A program made the position numbers and the translations under genes. A DNA stretch of 49,849 nt from Candidatus Caenarcanales bacterium (GTDB lineage Bacteria; Cyanobacteriota; Vampirovibrionia; LMEP-6097): assembly GCA_947459525.1 (NCBI GenBank), contig CANHDW010000003.1, positions 1-49,849 of the forward strand. Reading direction: 5' to 3'. Positions 9,529 to 17,127 of this stretch are shown one piece after another; positions within the stretch are counted from its first letter, which is position 1; each line of letters begins with the position of its first letter. The notes below the pieces were generated by a model. The model was given only the letters and a program-made list of their open reading frames with translations, searched no databases and had not been told where the DNA came from.

Positions 9529-9537
9529 TAAGATGTA

Positions 9538-9954
9538 CTAGCATCTGGAATGATTACTAAAATACTGCTCAAGAATAATAGAAGCAGCATGCATATCTAT
9601 AAGCCCTTTATTTTTTTCAGTGATATGAACCCCCATATCTAAAAGCCTTTCTTTAGCAGCACTACTAGTAAGTATTTCATCTTCAAAGCATATATCTAAA
9701 TTAGAAAACCTTTCCCGAATCAGCTCTGTAAAGCTTTCTACTTTAAGAGTCTGCTCGCTTTTATTTCCGTCTCTGTGCTTAGGAAGACCGATTACTAGTT
9801 TAATAACTTCATACTCTTTCATCAATGACTCAAGGGTTTTTATAAGTTCAGCTTTAAGCACAGTTTTGTAAGGTCTGATGCCTAGTCCAAGAGTGTCACT
9901 GGTGGCGATGCCTACACGTTTTTCACCTATATCTAAAGCTACTATTTGTTCCAT
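9538..9954 (-). CDS. ruvX: Holliday junction resolvase-like RuvX/YqgF
   Basis: ALDIGEKRVGIA, VIGLP, DE.LTS and ID..AA..IL motifs. Confidence 0.92.
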   Translation of the reverse strand: MEQIVALDIGEKRVGIATSDTLGLGIRPYKTVLKAELIKTLESLMKEYEVIKLVIGLPKHRDGNKSEQTLKVESFTELIRERFSNLDICFEDEILTSSAAKERLLDMGVHITEKNKGLIDMHAASIILEQYFSNHSRC

Positions 9955-9970
9955 GTTTTAAATCTCCATT

Positions 9971-10885
9971 TTAAAGATCATTGCAAGGTCTGTATAAGTC
10001 TCTTTTGTTAAAACTTTGAAAATGAAATAATAGTACTGTAGTTGCAGATAGTACATTTAAACTTTCAACTTTAGGATTAATCGGAATATTTAGTGTGGTA
10101 TCGCAGGCAGAGAAAGCTTTTTCACTTAGACCTTTTCCTTCATTCCCCATCATTAAAATTATTTTTTCGTTGTTTTCGGGCTTAAAATCATAGTAAGCAT
10201 GTTTAGCTCTAGGAGAGGTCGCAACTAAAGTTATTTTTTCTTGAATATTTAAATTCATTTTTAATTTCAAAAATTCTTCTAAATTTATTTCATGAAATTT
10301 CACATGAAAAACGGCTCCAGCACTGGCTCTGATTAATTTAGGATTATAAATATCCACGCAGTTATCTAGGAAAATATTCTCACAGCCACTGGCGAGTGCA
10401 GTTCTAATGATGCCACCTAAATTACCCGGGTCTTGGAGGTTTTCACAATATAGGCTAACTTTCTCTAAATTAGCTAAAAGATTACTTAAAGGAAAATCAG
10501 CTTCAATTTTATTATTAGAAGACTCTTGCTGAACCAATTTTTTAGAAAATATAGCTAGTGCTTCTGCTGCCGTTTCAGTGCTAACGATCTTTTTCATAAG
10601 CCCCTCTGGAATTGAAAATATTTTTTTTACGTTATTAGTAGTACTTATTTTTTTAAAAGCTTCTTGGGCAGAAAGATTCAGCTCAATATTATTTTGTGAT
10701 TCTTCTTCAAGGATATAAAGATATTTAAGACTGAAATCAGCTGCTAGAGCTTCATCTATTAACTTAAAACCTTCAACTATAAACAGATTTTCTTTATCTC
10801 GGCTCTTTTTCTCCAAGAGAGACCTAGCGAGCTTAATAAACTGATTAGTGTCACTGGTTACTTTAGTAAACAAAACCTTCGTCAA
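9971..10885 (-). CDS. TrmH/SpoU family RNA methyltransferase
   Basis: VEG, QDPGNLGGIIRTA, GNEGKGLS and ESLNV motifs. Confidence 0.92.
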   Translation of the reverse strand: MTKVLFTKVTSDTNQFIKLARSLLEKKSRDKENLFIVEGFKLIDEALAADFSLKYLYILEEESQNNIELNLSAQEAFKKISTTNNVKKIFSIPEGLMKKIVSTETAAEALAIFSKKLVQQESSNNKIEADFPLSNLLANLEKVSLYCENLQDPGNLGGIIRTALASGCENIFLDNCVDIYNPKLIRASAGAVFHVKFHEINLEEFLKLKMNLNIQEKITLVATSPRAKHAYYDFKPENNEKIILMMGNEGKGLSEKAFSACDTTLNIPINPKVESLNVLSATTVLLFHFQSFNKRDLYRPCNDL

Positions 10886-11231
10886 CTTCAGGATGAGGGG
10901 TTACATTATTTAAAGTGCAGTGGCGAATATAGTCACCAGCGACTTTATCGTAATTTTTTTTATAAGATTGGGAATCTGCCATGCTGTCTAAATAGTTTTT
11001 AATATGCTCAGGTACAGTCTTTTTAAAGGAAGAGCCAGATTTGAGATATAGGCTTTTCACTGCAAGTCTAAGATTCTCTTTAGTACCCCTGAACATTACA
11101 GAAACCTTATCACCAATAAATCTCAGGCTTAATAGGGTTACACTATAGTTTGCTAAAAAACGCTCTAATTGGTCGAGGGAAAAATTAGATATACAATCCC
11201 TTTCCAATTCAGCACTTGCATTAACTTTCAT
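10863..11231 (-). CDS. hypothetical protein (122 aa)
   Basis: ORF co-oriented with and overlapping the TrmH gene. Confidence 0.6.
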   Translation of the reverse strand: MKVNASAELERDCISNFSLDQLERFLANYSVTLLSLRFIGDKVSVMFRGTKENLRLAVKSLYLKSGSSFKKTVPEHIKNYLDSMADSQSYKKNYDKVAGDYIRHCTLNNVTPHPEVDEGFVY

Positions 11232-11298
11232 TCTATTTATATTTTATAGCAAAATTTTGAATTTGTAGCTTAGATAAATTTTAGAAAAAAAAGTTAAA

Positions 11299-12474
11299 TT
11301 ATGCTGCTAGAGCTATTGACAAAGCTGTACAAAAGCTGAGAATCTGATGGTGAGTGTGTTTGCTGCTGATGCATATTCTCAATCGGGGGATTTTTACAGT
11401 AGGTGGTCTGATGCTTGTGCAGATAAACCCTTTTTCTAGAAGCTTGTTACTAACAGTAAGGCATTCATTTATATCTTGAAATTGTATGGTGAATATTGGG
11501 CTGCCGAAATTTGTCCAGTGAAATTTGTTTTTAATATTAGCCTCATTCTTGGCTTGAAGATTAGTAAGTAGCGAGTCTAAGTATTTAATATTATTGAAAA
11601 GCTTTTGACGCAGATCATTCTCTTGAATGATTTTTTGGATATTATGCTGAGCTATTTTCATTAAAAACGGCGAGCTCGCTGTTGAATAAACGTAAGTGCG
11701 TGCTTTATTACGTAAGAAGTCTATCAAGAAAGATGATCCAGAGATATAGCCACCTTCAAGACCGATGGCTTTAGATAGAGTGCCCATTTGAATAAGGTTA
11801 CTGAAATCGTGCTTGGGATTTTTTTCTTTGTATTCACTGATAAGCCCTGCTCCAGTTATGCCATAGATGCCAGTACTGTGAGCTTCGTCTATATATAAAA
11901 ACGATGAATATTCGTCAGCGATAGCTTTTAAATCACCTAAGGGGGCGATATCACCATCCATGCTAAATACAGACTCAGTTATGATGAAAGAGTTGGTGTA
12001 TTGATGACGATATTTCTGGATAAGTGTCTTTAGTTCTTGACTGTCATTATGTGCAAAAATATATTTTCTTACATTATGAATTCTGAGAGCATCCCACATA
12101 CAGGAGTGTGCAAGTTCATCGATGAAGACTACATCCTCTTTATCTATCAATGCAGACAATGCACCAAGATTTGCTAAATAACCACTACTGAAAATGATAG
12201 TATCTTCACAGCCTTTCCAGTTTGAAATGCAGTCTTCAAGCTCCTTATGCTCTAGGTGCGTGCCAGTTGTTAATCTTGAACCACTGCTGCCAAAGGGGAT
12301 TTGAGCGACATTTGATATTCCTGAAATGGAGCATTCCGCAAGTCCAAGATAGTCATTGCTTGAGAAATTTATCAGTTCTTTCTGTCTTGAAAGTCGCTCA
12401 TTAATTGAATTTTGATCTCTGTATAAATTTTGTTTTTTAAGATCATTGATTTTATCTTGAAAAATCCTGTCCAT
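11299..12474 (-). CDS. bioF: 8-amino-7-oxononanoate synthase
   Basis: NFSSNDYLGL, ESVFSMDGD, DEAH, GTLSKA and IRPPTV motifs. Confidence 0.9.
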   Translation of the reverse strand: MDRIFQDKINDLKKQNLYRDQNSINERLSRQKELINFSSNDYLGLAECSISGISNVAQIPFGSSGSRLTTGTHLEHKELEDCISNWKGCEDTIIFSSGYLANLGALSALIDKEDVVFIDELAHSCMWDALRIHNVRKYIFAHNDSQELKTLIQKYRHQYTNSFIITESVFSMDGDIAPLGDLKAIADEYSSFLYIDEAHSTGIYGITGAGLISEYKEKNPKHDFSNLIQMGTLSKAIGLEGGYISGSSFLIDFLRNKARTYVYSTASSPFLMKIAQHNIQKIIQENDLRQKLFNNIKYLDSLLTNLQAKNEANIKNKFHWTNFGSPIFTIQFQDINECLTVSNKLLEKGFICTSIRPPTVKIPRLRICISSKHTHHQILSFCTALSIALAA

Positions 12475-12477
12475 TAT

Positions 12478-13317
12478 TTAGATAGTCTTAGTGCTGAGTT
12501 CAGAATTTTGATTTTTAAATAGAGAGATTATATTTTCTGTAAAAGCTTTAAGGTACTTATTATTTAGTTCTTCTGCTGTAATATTATCATCAAACTCAAT
12601 GGTAATGCAGTCCAGTCCTTTGTCTTTAGAGTAAGAACCAAGTGAGCCAGGAGTTGGATAGCCGATATCTTCGGTGAATTCCAGTTCTGTATCGCGTGCA
12701 AGTTTTATCGCAAAGTCTTTATGAGTACCTAGCCCATCATAGTTGACTTGTGGGGGATTTGGGAAGCGAATGAAATGGTTAGTATGAAAACTAATAATTA
12801 AATCAAAATCAAGACCCTCTATTAATTTAGTTAAAAGCTGAGTTTCGATTTCACTTGCAGGAAAGTCACCAGGGTAATAGGGGTTTTTTTCACCATCTAT
12901 TCTAAATTTTGCACTCTGCCAGTTTTGGCTTGGCATATTACGATTTAAATCTACGTCATTATGGTTATGACGAGTAAAATTTTTCAGGCCATGTGGATTT
13001 AATGCGGGAATTGCGATGATTTTAAAATCTTTAAGTTGATCTATATTGAGCTCTAGATCATTAATTTGGAGAGCAGTTTCTTCGACTGAATGTGCTGTTA
13101 GTCCAAGTAATTGAGATATTGACAATATGCCTATTGATCTTTTGTTGAGATCAGTATTTATAGAGCTATGCACTACTCCATTTTCTGAATTTTCATCAGT
13201 CTCATCTATAGATAGTATTTGGGTAAGTAGACTGTTCAAAAAGGCAGAACTTTGAGGCTCTACTCCGTGCGTTCCTGCTACTAATAATAGCCTCATTGGC
13301 AACGGTTCCCTTATCAA
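12478..13317 (-). CDS. mpaA: M14 zinc carboxypeptidase, murein peptide amidase MpaA-like
   Basis: HGVE, NPHG, DLNRN, SFH, GYPTPGSLG and TIE motifs. Confidence 0.8.
   Translation of the reverse strand: MIREPLPMRLLLVAGTHGVEPQSSAFLNSLLTQILSIDETDENSENGVVHSSINTDLNKRSIGILSISQLLGLTAHSVEETALQINDLELNIDQLKDFKIIAIPALNPHGLKNFTRHNHNDVDLNRNMPSQNWQSAKFRIDGEKNPYYPGDFPASEIETQLLTKLIEGLDFDLIISFHTNHFIRFPNPPQVNYDGLGTHKDFAIKLARDTELEFTEDIGYPTPGSLGSYSKDKGLDCITIEFDDNITAEELNNKYLKAFTENIISLFKNQNSELSTKTI
13161..13205 (-). repeat. in-frame MITE end remnant in mpaA (ETDENSENGVVHSS)
   Basis: CACTACTCCATTTTCTGAATTTTCATC resembles the element end CACAACTCCATTTTCTGCGTTTTTGTC. Confidence 0.6.
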
Positions 13318-13326
13318 CTCTCGCTC

Positions 13327-13653
13327 CTATGCTTTAATAGGAAAAATGTTTTGTAGTTTCATGGCAAGTCCCATGTCGCCCTTAACTTTTAGCTTACCTT
13401 GCATAAAAGCCATTTGACTATTGAGTCTGCCTTCGCGAATAGAGATCCAGTCTTTATCGCTCATTGCTATTTCTACACTAGGATTTGGCACCGCAGTGGA
13501 ACTGAAATCACATTCCTTATCTTTTATTGAAAAAACCCATGTTCCGCCCTCTGGGCCAGAAATATTAAATTGATAAGTCGCAGCGATTCCTGCTGCTCCC
13601 TCTGGGTTGAAATGCTTGTGCATTTCTTCGAAAACTTCACCAATAGTCGCCAT
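13327..13653 (-). CDS. SCP2 sterol-binding domain protein
   Basis: AFMQGKLKVKGDMGLAMKL signature. Confidence 0.92.
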   Translation of the reverse strand: MATIGEVFEEMHKHFNPEGAAGIAATYQFNISGPEGGTWVFSIKDKECDFSSTAVPNPSVEIAMSDKDWISIREGRLNSQMAFMQGKLKVKGDMGLAMKLQNIFPIKA

Positions 13654-13772
13654 GATTTTTATCTTATCACTGAATTTTCAAAAGATTGCAAACCTAGTAA
13701 GTTAATTGCTAGAATAGTTAGCCTGCTTAATTGTCTTGACTTGGGACTAATAATGTAGATGGTGAAAATAAT

Positions 13773-14558
13773 ATGTCAATAGAAATAAAAGAAGCAAATA
13801 GCGTGAATGATACAGTAACAGAAGCTGAAAAATTGGAGAAGCTTGAGGCGAAGAAAGCTGAAGCTAAAGAATTATTAAGAGCGCTGGTAGCAGCTGGTTC
13901 ACATTTAGGACACCCTACGCGCAAGAAGAATCCTAAGATGGATGCCTATATTCACTCTGCGAAGAATGGCTTACACGTTATTGATGTTTCTATAACTGTC
14001 TCTAATATGATGAGGGCCGCAGAATTTTTAAAAAAACAAGTGAAACTTGATAGAAATATCCTACTAGTAGGTACTTCTAAGCAGGCTTCCGAGTTAGTTA
14101 AGCTTGAGGCTGAGAGAGCTGGTATTTTCTTTATTAACCAAAGATGGTTAGGTGGATTGATTACTAACTTTGACATAATTAGATCTAGATTAAATACTCT
14201 TAGAGAGCTTGAGCACTCTAGAGATACTGGTGGTTTTAAAGGTCTTGGCAAAAAGGAAATCGCATCTATTAATAGACAGATTCTAAAACTTAATAGATCG
14301 TTAGGTGGTCTTAAGAAGATGAAGGGTAGACCAGATGTGGTTATGGTTCTTGATCAGAAGAAAGATGCATTAGCTATAACTGAGTCTAAGAAACAAGGTA
14401 ATATTACTATAATTTCTTTAGTGGATACAGATGGTGATCCGACTGGTATAGATTTTCCTATCCCTGCTAATGATGACTCTATTAGTTCACTTAGCTTCTT
14501 GCTTAAGTATTTTATGGATGTGATTTTGGCGGCTAGGCAAAAAATATCTAAGAGATAA
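13773..14558 (+). CDS. rpsB: 30S ribosomal protein S2
   Basis: GSHLGH, RWLGGLITNF and IPANDDS motifs; adjacent to tsf. Confidence 0.97.
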   Translation: MSIEIKEANSVNDTVTEAEKLEKLEAKKAEAKELLRALVAAGSHLGHPTRKKNPKMDAYIHSAKNGLHVIDVSITVSNMMRAAEFLKKQVKLDRNILLVGTSKQASELVKLEAERAGIFFINQRWLGGLITNFDIIRSRLNTLRELEHSRDTGGFKGLGKKEIASINRQILKLNRSLGGLKKMKGRPDVVMVLDQKKDALAITESKKQGNITIISLVDTDGDPTGIDFPIPANDDSISSLSFLLKYFMDVILAARQKISKR

Positions 14559-14598
14559 GCTATCATATTTTTCGAGAGATAAAGGAATTTAAAAGAAG

Positions 14599-15486
14599 AT
14601 GAGTTTTGGAGCAAAAGACGTAGCTGAATTAAGGGCGATGACAGGTGTTGGCATGATGAAGTGCAAAGAGGCCTTGACCGAATCTAATGGAAATATAGAA
14701 GAAGCTGTTAATTATTTACGTAAAAAAGGTATAGCTGGTGCTGCTAAGAAGATAGGAAACATCGCTGCTGAAGGGATTATCGCTGTTGCGATAGCGGATG
14801 ATAAAAAATCTGCGACTCTTATTGAACTTAATTGCCAGACTGATTTCGTTGCGAAGAATGATGATTTTATTAACTTTGCTAAGAAAATTGCGAAGATAGC
14901 TTTAGATACGAAGTCTAATAATTTGGAAGAAGTTTTAGCTGTGAATTTCGAAGGAAAGCCTCTGAGCGAGACTATTCTTGAGCAGATTTCTAAAATTGGT
15001 GAAAAGATAGAGCTTAGAAGATTAGCTTATTTAAAGACTGATGGCGTGGTAGCTCCATATATACACCCTGTTGGTTATAAAATTGGTGCTTTAGTTGCTT
15101 TATCTACTGCTGCTGCGACTGAAGATAAGGCCTTAGATATTGCTATGCATGTGGCTGCTAGCAATCCAGCTCCAGAATTTAAAACCAGGGCTGATATTTC
15201 TGCTGAGGTAGTTGCTGCAGAGAAGAATATAGAGATGCAGAAAGATGATCTTAAAGGGAAACCAGATGAGATTAAAGAGAAGATTGTTGAGGGTAGAATC
15301 AGTAAGCTACTTGCTGTGAAGACTTTAGATGAACAGCCGTTTATTAAAAATCCAGACCAGAAGGTTAAAGATTATTTAGGCGGAGCGATTATTGAGGCTT
15401 TTGTTTTACTTAAAGTTGGTGAAGGTATACAGAAAAAAGAAGATAACTTCGCAGATGAAGTCGCTTCTATGATGGCTGGATCTTAA
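14599..15486 (+). CDS. tsf: elongation factor Ts
   Basis: LRAMTGVGMMKCKEAL and ELNCQTDFVAKN motifs. Confidence 0.97.
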   Translation: MSFGAKDVAELRAMTGVGMMKCKEALTESNGNIEEAVNYLRKKGIAGAAKKIGNIAAEGIIAVAIADDKKSATLIELNCQTDFVAKNDDFINFAKKIAKIALDTKSNNLEEVLAVNFEGKPLSETILEQISKIGEKIELRRLAYLKTDGVVAPYIHPVGYKIGALVALSTAAATEDKALDIAMHVAASNPAPEFKTRADISAEVVAAEKNIEMQKDDLKGKPDEIKEKIVEGRISKLLAVKTLDEQPFIKNPDQKVKDYLGGAIIEAFVLLKVGEGIQKKEDNFADEVASMMAGS

Positions 15487-15503
15487 CTTTAAACTCTGGT
15501 ATT

Positions 15504-15589
15504 GCCGCAGTGGCGGAATCGGTAGACGCGCTTGACTCAAAATCAAGTTCCCTTAAAGAGTGTCGGTTCGAGTCCGACCTGCGGTACCA
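15504..15589 (+). tRNA. tRNA-Leu(CAA)
   Basis: GCCGCAG/CTGCGGT acceptor stem, CTTGA-CTCAAAA-TCAAG anticodon arm, long variable arm, CCA. Confidence 0.95.
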
Positions 15590-15617
15590 CTAAATTAAAA
15601 AAGGGATTAATATATCT

Positions 15618-16922
15618 ATGTCACAAGATCAACACAGGTTAAAGTCCCTAGATGCGCTGAAGACTTACGACTCAGGTTATCAGGACATTTTTTATAAAAG
15701 AAGCCAAAAAGATAGGTTTAACAAATATTTAAGTAGATATCTTCAGGGTCAATCTCTTGGCCTGCATGATGAATTAACTAACAGACCAGACTTAATGGAC
15801 TCTTTAGATATTAAGAGTTTGTTTATTTTAAATGCTTTGACCTATGAAATTCATTTAGAGGAAAAGAATCTCTTTGCAATAAAAAGAAATGAATTTATAG
15901 CTAACTCTCTTGTAAAGAAGCTTATAGATATTTATACGAAGATTTATAAATATGTTCAGTTAGATGAGGAATTAGATAAAAGATTTAAGAATATAGATTT
16001 TTATACTATTGCCAACTTATTACCAACTGTAATCGTTTACTATACTGATTTTATATTAGTGAACCAGCTTGAAGAGCTTTATCCTAAAGCATTTGAAATA
16101 TTATCTAATAAAAATTTATTTGATAATTTAAAAGAAGAATCTTTAAAGCCAGAGAGGTTGCGTTTACTTGCTCTATATCATAGACGTAATAAGGATTTGG
16201 GGAAAGCTGATGATGTGATGCTAGAGTATAGAGAGCAGTATCTCCCGGACTTAACCAAGAAAGTTAATTTAAAGAAATTACCAAACAAGCATAGTTACCC
16301 ACCTTCGGAAGTGGTTAATAATCTAGGTGTCCTTTATCAGGAGATCAAAGATATTCAGACAGAGGTCTGTGACCTAACTGGGGTTAATGAAGACACTTGT
16401 TTCTATTATAGTTGTTCAGAATGCTGTCATAATGACTATCCTGTACTCTATTATTCTGAATATAAATATTTGGTCCAAAAACTCAAAGAAGAAGGACGTG
16501 ATATCGAAATTTATAAAGCCAAGGCGAGAGATATTCAAAGCCAGCATGTAGAAAAGTATGGCTATGAGCTAAAGATCACGAATAAACATAGACCAACTAA
16601 AGAAGATGCGAATCCTAATGATTTTAAATATAGTTGTCCTTTTTTAGGTGAATCGGGTGGCTGTTCGGTACACCAGATTCGTCCGATGATGTGCAGGGCC
16701 TACGGTCTTTCTACTTCTGACAACAGAAATGTTCAGTCTTGTAATTATTATCTAAAACAGCATCAGTACAATTCCAATTATGAGAACATTCGTTATGTTT
16801 ATGACGTCAGGCCTTATGTAGCTTTAATTGAGGCTAGCGATGCTTACCAAATCAAGCAGGATCTTAATGAGAGTAAAAATCTCTGTGGTACTTTTATTGC
16901 TTGGCTGTGTAGTGATTATTAA
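15618..16922 (+). CDS. YkgJ-family cysteine-cluster protein with a long helical N-terminal region
   Basis: CxxxCSECC, CPFL, CSVHQIRPMMCRAYG. Confidence 0.8.
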   Translation: MSQDQHRLKSLDALKTYDSGYQDIFYKRSQKDRFNKYLSRYLQGQSLGLHDELTNRPDLMDSLDIKSLFILNALTYEIHLEEKNLFAIKRNEFIANSLVKKLIDIYTKIYKYVQLDEELDKRFKNIDFYTIANLLPTVIVYYTDFILVNQLEELYPKAFEILSNKNLFDNLKEESLKPERLRLLALYHRRNKDLGKADDVMLEYREQYLPDLTKKVNLKKLPNKHSYPPSEVVNNLGVLYQEIKDIQTEVCDLTGVNEDTCFYYSCSECCHNDYPVLYYSEYKYLVQKLKEEGRDIEIYKAKARDIQSQHVEKYGYELKITNKHRPTKEDANPNDFKYSCPFLGESGGCSVHQIRPMMCRAYGLSTSDNRNVQSCNYYLKQHQYNSNYENIRYVYDVRPYVALIEASDAYQIKQDLNESKNLCGTFIAWLCSDY

Positions 16923-16937
16923 AAGCTCGCTCAGGAA

Positions 16938-17127
16938 GAGACCACTGCACAACGTGCAGTTTCAAGGCTGAGGAGGACGAATGACCGCAGTGTAATTTCC
17001 AGCGATGCCGAGTATGCGACACGAGTGTCGTACGCGAGCAAGCGGAAATACAAGCTCCGCTTACTACAAGTACATGAGGATCATGAGGACGACAAAAACG
17101 CAGAAAATGGAGTTGTGCAGTGGTCTC
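16938..17127 (+). mobile_element. 190-bp MITE-like palindromic element, intergenic copy
   Basis: perfect 16-bp TIR GAGACCACTGCACAAC...GTTGTGCAGTGGTCTC; AGGAA on both sides; second copy at 18538-18727. Confidence 0.9.

Noticed and set aside
10519-10543. Weak TIR-like matches in the TrmH gene (LVQQES) and at 9438-9453, 22175-22190 and 34245-34261
   Set aside because: Matches are too short or degenerate to separate from chance without an HMM search
2940-15589. tRNA-anchored genomic island or prophage
   Set aside because: No integrase, no duplicated tRNA 3' end and no phage genes seen
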